A stretch of 64,000 bases of DNA from Patescibacteria group bacterium (lineage in GTDB: Bacteria; Patescibacteriota; Patescibacteriia; UBA9934): positions 270,068 to 334,067 of the forward strand of contig JBAQTB010000003.1 in NCBI GenBank assembly GCA_049296775.1. Reading direction: 5' to 3'. Below the pieces are notes generated by a model, which was given only the letters and a program-made list of their open reading frames with translations, was not told the origin of the DNA and ran no database searches. Positions within the stretch are counted from its first letter, which is position 1. Every line of letters begins with the position of its first letter. Shown here one piece after another: positions 37,091 through 45,044 of this stretch. Made by a program: the position numbers and the translations under genes.

Positions 37091-37120
37091 AAATCACCAG
37101 CCTTTACGGGCTGGTGTTTT
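37091..37120 (+). terminator. Hairpin family member (AAATCACCAGCC-TTTAC-GGGCTGGTGTTTT)
   Basis: Perfect stem plus T-run after the 36465 gene. Confidence 0.55.
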
Positions 37121-37126
37121 CTGTTA

Positions 37127-37171
37127 TTGACATCCCCTTCCCTGCATGATTAACTTAAGATAATCTTAAGT
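37127..37171 (+). promoter_or_regulatory. Promoter TTGACA-17-TTAACT overlapping a 19-nt perfect palindrome ACTTAAGATAATCTTAAGT (putative TA operator)
   Basis: Palindrome at 37153-37171 sits between the -10 and the antitoxin start codon. Confidence 0.45.
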
Positions 37172-37177
37172 TAATCT

Positions 37178-37399
37178 ATGAAAAATCTGATCACCTTAAA
37201 GGAATTTAGGCAGGACGTGGCGAAATACGCCGAACGAGTAGCTAAAGGCGAGTCCTTAATCATCACCAAACGATCTCGGCCGCTATTTCGAGTCGGCCCG
37301 GTAGAAGAGGAAGGCTGGGAAACACTCATAGATTTCACAAAATTCCGCAAGGGTGGCATCCCGGCGAGCGAGATTCTCAAGATTCTGAAATCAGTTTAG
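37178..37399 (+). CDS. Type II antitoxin, Phd/YefM-like
   Basis: 73 aa; N-terminus LITLKEFRQDVAKYAERVAKGESLIITKRSRP matches the Phd/YefM consensus; 2 nt before the toxin gene. Confidence 0.65.
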   Translation: MKNLITLKEFRQDVAKYAERVAKGESLIITKRSRPLFRVGPVEEEGWETLIDFTKFRKGGIPASEILKILKSV

Positions 37400-37401
37400 G
37401 T

Positions 37402-37650
37402 ATGGTTGATCGCATTCGTAAAATCTTGCGACAATTACTACCCAAAGACTTGAAGCGGTTACAAGAAGTCGTTCAAAAAGTTCACGACAACGATGTGATT
37501 GGTCTCGATGTAAAAAAACTTGAAGGACGAGATGATGTCTATCGTGTCAGAAAGGGAGACTTCAGAATTATCTTTCAACGTGTTCCGGGTAAGGAAAACT
37601 TGATTATCGCTATCGAGCGTCGTTCAGATACAACATACAACGAGCTCTAA
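37402..37650 (+). CDS. Type II toxin, RelE/ParE family
   Basis: 82 aa; VYRVRKGDFRIIFQRVPGKENLIIAIERR matches the RelE/ParE core (YRiRvGdYRiiy...i.HRkd.Y). Confidence 0.7.
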   Translation: MVDRIRKILRQLLPKDLKRLQEVVQKVHDNDVIGLDVKKLEGRDDVYRVRKGDFRIIFQRVPGKENLIIAIERRSDTTYNEL

Positions 37651-37700
37651 CGTCGTTCACTAAGGCCTGCCCCGTCATTCGCAACCGACGTGTCTTGCCA

Positions 37701-37733
37701 CAAACCCATCAGCCCAAACGGCTGGTGTTTTTG
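37701..37733 (+). terminator. Hairpin family member (CAAACCCATCAGCC-CAAAC-GGCTGGTGTTTTTG)
   Basis: Follows the TA operon and precedes the QueC-like gene. Confidence 0.55.
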
Positions 37734-37777
37734 TTTGAGGCGTGATAATTTCGGCGTGCGCAAAAAGGAGGAGTTCA

Positions 37778-38388
37778 TGCCGAACCCTGCGGGTACGTGT
37801 CTCGTGATGTTGTCGGGCGGAGTCGATTCAGCCGTCCTATTATATGAACAACTAGCGTCCGGAGAGAAGCCGGTGGCCATGACTCGCGCCACGAAGGCGC
37901 GTGAGGTAGAGGCAGCGAAGCAAATTGCGGATCTGGCCGGTGTCCCGCACATCATCCTGAATCCTCGAGAGGAGGCCCAAAGGCTATTCGATTCCGCAAT
38001 CTTCGAACGAATGGACCCGAGAGACCATTTAGGACCGGGGGCATTCCCTCATATCTGTTCGTTGGCGGATTCGCTGGCGTTTGCGGCGCTCTTTTCCATC
38101 CCGAAGGTGCTCTGGGGCTGGCGCCGTTCAGAGATGCATCCGCTCGAGCAGCCGGACATTTTCCCTGACTACCTGGCCTACATCAGCCTGCACAGCAGCT
38201 TGCGACAATGCCCCACTATCGAAGCACCGTTTTTCGAGTGGACGAAGAACATGGTATTGGAAACGGGTTCCAAGCTCGGTGTCCCCCTTCACTACACCTT
38301 CAGCTGCATCAAGGACCAATCCGAACCCTGCGGCGACTGCCGCCGCTGTGTGGAACGTGAGGCCGCGTTCCGGGAGGCTGGCTACTAA
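37778..38388 (+). CDS. QueC-like PP-loop ATPase (7-cyano-7-deazaguanine synthase family), orphan
   Basis: PP-loop LVMLSGGVDS; C-terminal zinc motif C-x7-C-x2-C-x2-C (CIKDQSEPCGDCRRC); strong AAGGAGG RBS 8 nt upstream of ATG 37778. Confidence 0.65.
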
Positions 38389-38400
38389 GATCGTCACGAG

Positions 38401-38452
38401 AACCGCTCCTCACGGGGCGGTTCATTTTTTTAAAGCACGGGCTGGTGTTTTT
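38401..38452 (+). terminator. Terminator hairpin AACCGCTCC-TCAC-GGGGCGGTT + T7, followed by a half-copy of the family hairpin (CACGGGCTGGTGTTTTT)
   Basis: Read directly from the sequence. Confidence 0.5.
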
Positions 38453-38458
38453 ACTTCA

Positions 38459-38941
38459 TCAACGCACCGGTTTATTCTTTAAGAAAGCTTTAAACTTAAA
38501 AGTAAAGTAAATAAGTACAATCACTGAAGAAAAAATAAGAACGTACGTACTCACCGTTTTATTGTCCTGAATTAAGTCTTCCTGCACGCTTGCCGTCTGT
38601 TCAGAGAGACTTGGATAGGCTGGATCATATAAAAGGTCGATTTGCTGACCAACGCTATACTGCTCCATCTTTGAATGTGAGAGCATGGTCAATCTGTATG
38701 TATACGTCGTACCATCCACATCGTAATCAGCTGATATCCTCCAACCCCGTCGTACTGGACTGATATTTGTCACTGTCGCGGTGGTTGTCATACCCCTTTC
38801 GAGCAAAACAAGTCCACTCGCCTCTCTTACACCGATACTCTTAAACTCATTCCACATAACAAAAGCCACGATGACGGCAATGAGAGCAAAAATACCTATA
38901 CGAAAAATATCTTGTAGAGATTTTTTGCTTTGCTTAGTCAT
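38459..38941 (-). CDS. DUF3592-like membrane protein
   Basis: Two TM helices flanking a beta-rich domain; start taken at MTKQSKK. Confidence 0.45.
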   Translation of the reverse strand: MTKQSKKSLQDIFRIGIFALIAVIVAFVMWNEFKSIGVREASGLVLLERGMTTTATVTNISPVRRGWRISADYDVDGTTYTYRLTMLSHSKMEQYSVGQQIDLLYDPAYPSLSEQTASVQEDLIQDNKTVSTYVLIFSSVIVLIYFTFKFKAFLKNKPVR

Positions 38942-38975
38942 ATGCACACATGATAGCACTAGGGCTACATCGCCT

Positions 38976-39010
38976 CAAAACACTCAGCCTTTACGAGTCG
39001 AGTGTTTTTG
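38976..39010 (+). repeat. Hairpin family variant (CAAAACACTC-AGCCTTTACGAG-TCGAGTGTTTTTG)
   Basis: Shares the AGCCTTTACG loop with the 37091 copy. Confidence 0.45.
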
Positions 39011-39040
39011 TTTAATGAAAAATAACAGCTCCCCTGAATT

Positions 39041-39331
39041 TCAGAGGAGCTTGAGAACGATATGCGCGATGCGATCATCACCGATAGTAATATCGCCGAA
39101 GACATCGAACCAGGCGGTAAGGCCAAGTTCGTTTTGAGATGAAGGATCGGTGCCAGGCATGAAGTTGTTGGGACTAGCTGGGCCCGAGATCTCAAACGAG
39201 CACAGCTCTACCTCCGGCAACTGACGATTAATATAACACCGCCAATGCATCGGGTCACCGAGCGTTTTAATACGCCTCACATTCCCGGCGATACGAATCC
39301 AAGTCGACATAGCTTTCACGTCTACCTCCAT
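39041..39331 (-). CDS. Hypothetical small protein
   Basis: ORF track 39041..39418; internal start MEVDVKAMSTWIR preferred to avoid overlap with the divergent gene. Confidence 0.35.
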   Translation of the reverse strand: MEVDVKAMSTWIRIAGNVRRIKTLGDPMHWRCYINRQLPEVELCSFEISGPASPNNFMPGTDPSSQNELGLTAWFDVFGDITIGDDRIAHIVLKLL

Positions 39332-39442
39332 AGGTAGCAGACCGTAACATATATTGAAAGAGCTGCCAAATAGATGATAAGATGATCCTAAAGTGACGTG
39401 AGAAACTCCTCTCAACACTCATATATATTCAAAAACTCATCT

Positions 39443-40408
39443 ATGCCGGAGATTAAAGAAGATAAGCGCTCAACACCTCAAGAGACACTCACTCAAGAAG
39501 GCCTGAGTGACGTAAGAGAACTCCCCCAGCAAAAATCGGATGTTTGGTTATTTGAGGCCGTGAAGGATGGTCAACCTGTGTTCGTCAAAGGATCGGTAGA
39601 AGTCAGTAATGGCGTTGACCGCATTGAGAATCAAGTCTTAGCGCAAAAACTATTACATACTGAGCTCTTAGAGCAAGCTCTCAAAGTGCCTGATGCTGAG
39701 CTTGTGCGCAGTAACGGACTATCTTTAGCAATCATGGAACGTGTTGAGGGGTCGCTACTTGGTGAATCGCGGCCTGATGGTCTCAAGGAGAAAATGTCCG
39801 AAGCTGAGCTTGAAACACTTGTGGATTGGCTAGTAGCGGCGCGCCGCATTCCAGCCGAGAAGCTACCTGAACAATTCCGTGAGATCGCAGACAAGGTTTG
39901 GAATCAAGATTTTTATAGCCAACGCCTGGAGCAGAATGCTAAAGAGCCACTGGCGCTTGGTCTACTCACTGACCAAGAGCTGCAAACACTCCAGCAATTG
40001 TGGGCCGAAAATTACGGGCTACTTACCTTCCAACACCACGACATCGTACCCTTCAACCTAATGCGTGATCAGGAGCAAAAACTGTGGTTACTCGACGGCG
40101 AATTCGCCCGTCTAGGCATGGCCGGCTATGACTCTGCGTACTTTGCACTCCAGTCATACGGTTTATATGGTGACGGTGAGAGTGCAGCGATAATGCTTGA
40201 GAAAAGCTTATCTGCTTGGGAGAAAAACTTCCCAGAAGACCAGTTGGAATCGGCGATTCTAGCTCCGTTAGCCTACCGGATCGTGGCCAGTCTCAACGAT
40301 GCCCCAACCAAGAATAATCAAGCTGTCCGTGAACGCACCATCTTTTTAAAAGACTTAATCCTGAGCGGAGATGTCAGAAAGTTAATTGCCGGTCTGCGTA
40401 GCACATAA
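39443..40408 (+). CDS. Aminoglycoside/choline-kinase-like phosphotransferase (APH fold)
   Basis: Catalytic loop HHDIVPFNLM and LLDGEFARLG (DxE metal site) are typical of the APH/ChoK protein-kinase-like family. Confidence 0.55.
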   Translation: MPEIKEDKRSTPQETLTQEGLSDVRELPQQKSDVWLFEAVKDGQPVFVKGSVEVSNGVDRIENQVLAQKLLHTELLEQALKVPDAELVRSNGLSLAIMERVEGSLLGESRPDGLKEKMSEAELETLVDWLVAARRIPAEKLPEQFREIADKVWNQDFYSQRLEQNAKEPLALGLLTDQELQTLQQLWAENYGLLTFQHHDIVPFNLMRDQEQKLWLLDGEFARLGMAGYDSAYFALQSYGLYGDGESAAIMLEKSLSAWEKNFPEDQLESAILAPLAYRIVASLNDAPTKNNQAVRERTIFLKDLILSGDVRKLIAGLRST

Positions 40409-40462
40409 ATGTACGAGCCATGAGTGAATTCATCGTGTACCGTCCGGCCTAGTACACAACCA

Positions 40463-40495
40463 CAAAACCATCAGCCCAAACGGCTGGTGGTTTTG
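40463..40495 (+). terminator. Hairpin family member (CAAAACCATCAGCC-CAAAC-GGCTGGTGGTTTTG)
   Basis: Nearly identical to the 37701 copy. Confidence 0.55.
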
Positions 40496-40538
40496 TTTTC
40501 ATGATACAATCTTTGCAATAAATCATCTAAGTTACCCC

Positions 40539-41078
40539 ATGAAAAAATTCGAAACTCCTACAGTCATAGGACTCGTAACAGTAAGCGTGGTCCTAGGAGC
40601 GATATTCGGTCTCGGTATCGCGCCACTGTTAAAAGACATGAACGTCGCATCTACACAGGATGCTGACATGCTAACAGCTGGTACCAAGCTGAACGATGAC
40701 TACCTTGCAAAAACTTACGGCTTTAACATTAATACTCCAGACAATTACTCTCTGTTTACCACTGCCGAACCGAATACGATTTGGGTTGGAATGAGCAGCA
40801 CTCCCGATACGAGTAAGGGTTTTTACGTCCGCCCCGTCGACGATCGAGAGGATCGTATTGCAGCCATCAAAGAAGACGCAACCAAAATTATCCAAGAACG
40901 ACAATCATTCGCCGTCGGTAATGTGAATGGCCATAAACTTACCGTACAAACGGATGATGGCCAACAAATCACCCACTTCATGGTTACAGGAGAAGCAGAA
41001 ATTGAAGTCGCCGACGCCAATACAACGGCTTACACCGCCATTGTGGATACATTTTTCGCAGCCGAAATCATGAACTAA
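40539..41078 (+). CDS. Hypothetical membrane-anchored protein
   Basis: 179 aa; N-terminal TM helix; no domain recognised. Confidence 0.45.
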   Translation: MKKFETPTVIGLVTVSVVLGAIFGLGIAPLLKDMNVASTQDADMLTAGTKLNDDYLAKTYGFNINTPDNYSLFTTAEPNTIWVGMSSTPDTSKGFYVRPVDDREDRIAAIKEDATKIIQERQSFAVGNVNGHKLTVQTDDGQQITHFMVTGEAEIEVADANTTAYTAIVDTFFAAEIMN

Positions 41079-41107
41079 CGGCCGATCTCCGTACAAATCA
41101 TGTTCGT

Positions 41108-41139
41108 AAAAACACCAACCGTAATGGCTGGTGTTTTTT
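41108..41139 (+). terminator. Hairpin family member (AAAAACACCAACC-GTAAT-GGCTGGTGTTTTTT)
   Basis: Read directly from the sequence. Confidence 0.55.
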
Positions 41140-41167
41140 GTATGGTCGAGGAGAAGTAGAGTGTGAT

Positions 41168-41248
41168 TTAGAACAGTTGGATGAGAACCCAGATCACGAG
41201 TACGAGGCCGAGGGGCACGCCTAAAAGCCAGAGGAGAAGATATTTCAT
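41168..41248 (-). CDS. Candidate 26-aa hydrophobic micro-peptide (MKYLLLWLLGVPLGLVLVIWVLIQLF)
   Basis: Uninterrupted ATG..TAA ORF 19 nt downstream of the 41267 gene on the same strand; below the ORF-track length cutoff. Confidence 0.25.
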   Translation of the reverse strand: MKYLLLWLLGVPLGLVLVIWVLIQLF

Positions 41249-41266
41249 AATGGTGGAATTAAACTT

Positions 41267-41617
41267 TTATTTAAGTCCGGCAACCACGGTCTTCCACTGA
41301 TCCTCTAGGTCTTGCTTGAGACCAGATAATTCGTCCTTGGAAACATCTTTCATGTTCTCATAACGTTTTAGCACGGCGCTGATAATGCCGGTGTAAGCTT
41401 CACGTGTCACATGCGGAATCTTCTGCAGTTCGTCCATGACGTCTGCCTTGGCACGCAGAATCCAAGCTTGCGCGGTCTGGGCTGCACTCTTCTTCTTGGA
41501 ACGGCTCATGAGATACAGGCCACCAATGGTAGCTGCCAGTGCTCCGGCTGCCACCAATCCCTTGGCGCCTCCTTCCATGGTTGCGGGCGGAGCGTTCTTT
41601 TTGACAAGTTTAGTCAT
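41267..41617 (-). CDS. YtxH-like small amphipathic membrane-associated protein
   Basis: Gly/Ala-rich N-terminal helix GAKGLVAAGALAATIGGLYLMSRSKKK followed by a charged coiled-coil region. Confidence 0.4.
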   Translation of the reverse strand: MTKLVKKNAPPATMEGGAKGLVAAGALAATIGGLYLMSRSKKKSAAQTAQAWILRAKADVMDELQKIPHVTREAYTGIISAVLKRYENMKDVSKDELSGLKQDLEDQWKTVVAGLK

Positions 41618-41690
41618 AGAAGAAAAGTGAAGAGTTATTCATTGACAATAGCACCCTCAGCTCAAAGCACAAGTGCCAGTGATAAGAACT

Positions 41691-41724
41691 GGATTTTAGA
41701 ATATAGACTTTAGTTGAAAGTATC
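41691..41724. repeat. Tandem heptamers GGATTTT AGAATAT AGACTTT AGTTGAA AGTATCA in the divergent intergenic region
   Basis: Shares AGACTTTAG with the repeats at 26481 and 50405. Confidence 0.45.
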
Positions 41725-41727
41725 ATC

Positions 41728-42018
41728 GTGCTGTATCATGGCAGATACATGAAAATCAACAATTCCCTCCTCCTGCCCTTTAGTCTGACCGGTGGCTTGA
41801 TCCTGATGGTCGTGATGAGCAACTTCGGGACTAAATGTCACCTAGTTGAACCAGGCGGAATCAATGAAGGCGGCACAGGCTTTCCATTCCACTACCATAC
41901 CTGCGGCGTTTGGGGCGAAGCTTTTAACTGGCTCATCGTCGCCATTGATTTCGCTATACTCTCCCTCGCCGTTTATCTGGTGTTGAAACTCATCCAACGA
42001 TTGACCCAAAAACACTAG
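41728..42018 (+). CDS. Hypothetical small membrane protein
   Basis: Two hydrophobic helices; start could alternatively be MKINN at 41749. Confidence 0.4.
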   Translation: MLYHGRYMKINNSLLLPFSLTGGLILMVVMSNFGTKCHLVEPGGINEGGTGFPFHYHTCGVWGEAFNWLIVAIDFAILSLAVYLVLKLIQRLTQKH

Positions 42019-42038
42019 CCAACACGGCTAGTGTTTTT
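42008..42038 (+). terminator. Hairpin family variant (AAAAACACTAGCC-AACAC-GGCTAGTGTTTTT)
   Basis: Read directly from the sequence. Confidence 0.5.
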
Positions 42039-42165
42039 ACATATATCGATGCACTCAACAAGAGAATCGACTGCGCTAAGCATCTGGCTAAGGTCAGCGT
42101 GATATTAGTGGTATGCTGTAGTCAATTAATTCATACGGTGCCGCCGAGCACGTAGATCCTCTAAC

Positions 42166-44016
42166 ATGAAAAGATATACTCAAGCATTAGGAGGCCTCGT
42201 GGCCTTGGTTTTAATCTTTGGATCCCTGCAGCCCATGACAGCATCGGCGGCAACGACGGTTGATCTGGGCACAGCCGAAACTTTTGCAGTTTTGGCAGGT
42301 ACGGCAATTTCAGATACGGCTCCTTCTGTCATTACAGGGGACGTGGGTTTAAGTCCTGCCGCTGGTACTAACATCACCGGACTAACTTCAGGAGAAGTCT
42401 CCGGCACCATTTACGCAGTTGACGCTAATGGACCCGACGGCGCTTCTGGTAATGAGCCGGCATTCGTGAATGGCGCTAAAACCGATTTAGTCGCTGCCTA
42501 TTCTAGTGCTAGTCAAGTCACAACCGGAGTCATCGCCGCCGATCTTGGTGGGCAAACCCTGACGGCCGGCGTTTACGATGATAACGATGCACCTAACTCA
42601 CTTTCTATTGATGCCGGTGAAACGCTCACGCTCGACGCAGAAGGTGACGCTGATGCAGTCTTCATTTTCAAGACAGGGTCAACCCTGACAACAGGTGCCG
42701 GGAGTACAGTCTCACTGATCAATGGCGCCAGCGCCTGCAACGTCTTCTGGCAAATCGGGAGTTCCGCAACTCTAGGGACGGGCACTACTTTCGCCGGTAA
42801 TATCTTAGCTCTTACTTCGATTACTGATGATGGTGGTGCGACCGTTAATGGTCGCTTGTTGGCCCGTAACGGTGCAGTGACCCTGAATGACACTACCGTC
42901 ACCGTACCAGACTGTGCCGACCCTGAACCACCAGCTTCTGGCCCATCTTTCACAGGCAGTATCAACGTCGTTAAAATCGTCATCAATGACAACGGCGGCA
43001 CCGCCACTATCGACGACTTCCCACTCTTTGTGAACGGTACAGCGGTAGTCTCAGGTCGACCAGGTAATTTCACCGCCGGGACCTACACCATTACCGAAAC
43101 TAGCAATGCCAACTACACCCAGAGTTTCTCGGGAAGCTGTGATGCTGCCGGTAGATTAACTCTAAGTGCTTTCGAAACCACAGCCTGTATTGTTACCAAT
43201 GACGATATCGGTACGCCAGCTGTCATACCGCCAGCACCCCCTATCATCACGGTCGTCAAAGTACCTAGTCCACTTAGCTTGCCAGATGGTCCAGGCCCAG
43301 TCACATACACCTTCACTTTAAACAATATTGGAACTGTAGCCGTTACCAATGTCACCATGATTGATGACACTTGCAGCCCTGCTGCCTTAATCTCTGGCGA
43401 TACCAATGGGGACGCGGCGCTCGATATTAGTGAAACTTGGACCTACAGCTGTTCTGCCCTACTCTCGGAAACTCACACGAATACAGTCGTCGCGACTGGC
43501 TGGGCCAACGGCCTCAGTACCACCGATATCGCCTTTGCGACCGTGGTCGTAGGTGAACCGATCATTCCACCCTTCATTCACGTCACCAAAGTCCCAGATC
43601 CATTGACACTACTCGCTGGTGGTGGCTTAGTCACTTACACAGAAACCATCACCAACCCAGGTGAAGTCGCCCTAGAGAACGTCACTTTAACTGACGATAA
43701 ATGTTCACCGGTAAACTACATTTCCGGCGACACCAACGGTGATAACAGACTTGATCCGAACGAAGCCTGGGTACACACGTGTCAGGACACACTTACCGTA
43801 ACCACCACGAATATCGCTACCGCCACTGGTGAAGCTAACGGCCTAACGGCTACGGATTTTGCAGTGGTCACAGTCTTAGTCGCCGAATCTCTGCCAAGCC
43901 TGCCAAACGCCGGCATTGCCCCTCTGAATCGCAACCTAGCCCTACCAATCATTGCAGCTAACCTTGGTGTCATCACTGTACTTGGTTATTTGACCCTGAA
44001 AAAACTCTCTGTCTAA
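42166..44016 (+). CDS. Secreted ice-binding-like (DUF3494) protein with DUF11-type repeats and C-terminal LPNAG sorting signal
   Basis: Signal peptide; DLGTAETFAVLAGTAISDT..ITGDVGLSPAAG is the DUF3494/IBP signature; two ~100-aa DUF11-like repeats; C-terminal LPNAG + hydrophobic stretch + KK tail. Confidence 0.7.
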   Translation: MKRYTQALGGLVALVLIFGSLQPMTASAATTVDLGTAETFAVLAGTAISDTAPSVITGDVGLSPAAGTNITGLTSGEVSGTIYAVDANGPDGASGNEPAFVNGAKTDLVAAYSSASQVTTGVIAADLGGQTLTAGVYDDNDAPNSLSIDAGETLTLDAEGDADAVFIFKTGSTLTTGAGSTVSLINGASACNVFWQIGSSATLGTGTTFAGNILALTSITDDGGATVNGRLLARNGAVTLNDTTVTVPDCADPEPPASGPSFTGSINVVKIVINDNGGTATIDDFPLFVNGTAVVSGRPGNFTAGTYTITETSNANYTQSFSGSCDAAGRLTLSAFETTACIVTNDDIGTPAVIPPAPPIITVVKVPSPLSLPDGPGPVTYTFTLNNIGTVAVTNVTMIDDTCSPAALISGDTNGDAALDISETWTYSCSALLSETHTNTVVATGWANGLSTTDIAFATVVVGEPIIPPFIHVTKVPDPLTLLAGGGLVTYTETITNPGEVALENVTLTDDKCSPVNYISGDTNGDNRLDPNEAWVHTCQDTLTVTTTNIATATGEANGLTATDFAVVTVLVAESLPSLPNAGIAPLNRNLALPIIAANLGVITVLGYLTLKKLSV

Positions 44017-44194
44017 GTCAGTTCACTATACAACCGTAAGAAGACGTATCGTCGGCATTTTTGCAGTCTCGACTAGTCTTCTTGGTGTATTCGCCTTCCT
44101 TGGTTGGCACAACCTCTCAGCTTACGAGCCATCAGTCATTCCCGTCGCAGTTGCCATAGCCGAGCCCGAGATCGAACCTGCCATAGCCGTTCAT

Positions 44195-44671
44195 GTGATC
44201 GTCACTCCCCCACCCGTCAAAATTAGCGACCCTGTCAGACTTAAAATTCCCAGTCTCAAAATTGACGCTGCTGTTGAACAGGTGACCGTTACCGCCGCCG
44301 GGGCCATGGCCGTCCCCACCGATCCTATGATCACGGGTTGGTATCAACACGGACCTCGTCCCGGCGAATCAGGTAGTGCCACCATCTCTGGACACGTCAA
44401 TTGGTGGTCAGGAGTTGAAGGTATTTTTATCGATCTCCATAAACTAAAAATCGGCGAAACTATCGTAGTCCAAGATGATCAAGGACAAGACGTTACTTTT
44501 GCGGTAAGAGACATTCAAAAGTTAGACTCAAACGCCGACACTACGGCCGTTTTTACCTCAGACGATGACCGAGCCCATCTCAACCTCATCACCTGCTCCG
44601 GCGCCTGGGATTCTGCAGCTAGGCAATATACCCAACGCCTAGTGGTCTTTACGGATAAGGTTGGCGAGTAG
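44195..44671 (+). CDS. Sortase (class E/F-like) adjacent to its LPNAG substrate
   Basis: Catalytic His (ISGHVNWW), TLITC motif (LNLITCSG) and Arg (RLVVF); GTG start at 44195; upstream in-frame TM anchor lacks a canonical start codon. Confidence 0.7.
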   Translation: MIVTPPPVKISDPVRLKIPSLKIDAAVEQVTVTAAGAMAVPTDPMITGWYQHGPRPGESGSATISGHVNWWSGVEGIFIDLHKLKIGETIVVQDDQGQDVTFAVRDIQKLDSNADTTAVFTSDDDRAHLNLITCSGAWDSAARQYTQRLVVFTDKVGE

Positions 44672-44712
44672 GGGCTGGCTTTTTTGGGAGGTTAGGCATA
44701 AGGTGTGGGTAT

Positions 44713-44988
44713 ATGCAAATGAAAAAACTTTATAGAAGCTCAACAGACAAGATGGTGGCTGGCGTATGTGGTGGCCTAGCTGATTACCTAGATATTGACG
44801 CGACTGTCTTGCGCCTCATCTGGGCACTCGTGGTGGTCTTCACAGGCTTCGTGCCAGGCGTGCTGGTCTACATAGTGGCGGCGGTCATTACCCCGCTCAA
44901 CCCCGTGTCCGTTATACCAGCAGAGAATGTGACAGCTACTCCAGTTAGCGAAACTGAAACCCCCACCGACAAACCAACTCAAACCTAA
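44713..44988 (+). CDS. PspC domain-containing membrane protein
   Basis: LYRSSTDKMVAGVCGGLADYLDIDATVLRLIWAL is the PspC signature. Confidence 0.7.
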   Translation: MQMKKLYRSSTDKMVAGVCGGLADYLDIDATVLRLIWALVVVFTGFVPGVLVYIVAAVITPLNPVSVIPAENVTATPVSETETPTDKPTQT

Positions 44989-44991
44989 CCT

Positions 44992-45028
44992 AAAACCCCT
45001 TCTGTAATTTCAGAGGGGGTTTTGAGAT
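44992..45028 (+). terminator. Rho-independent terminator (AAAACCCCTTCTG-TAATTTCA-GAGGGGGTTTT)
   Basis: Loop sequence resembles the hairpin at 39020. Confidence 0.55.
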
Positions 45029-45044
45029 ATGCTACGCTACCGGC

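Noticed and set aside
35425-42038. Conserved hairpin family as a CRISPR array or as integron attC sites
   Set aside because: Spacing between copies is irregular (0.6-1.5 kb) and each interval contains a full gene, so this is not CRISPR. The hairpins are short (~30 nt) perfect stems with T-runs, without the R''/L''-L'/R' architecture or extrahelical bases of attC. No integrase is present in the window. I kept them as a sequence-conserved terminator/repeat family instead.
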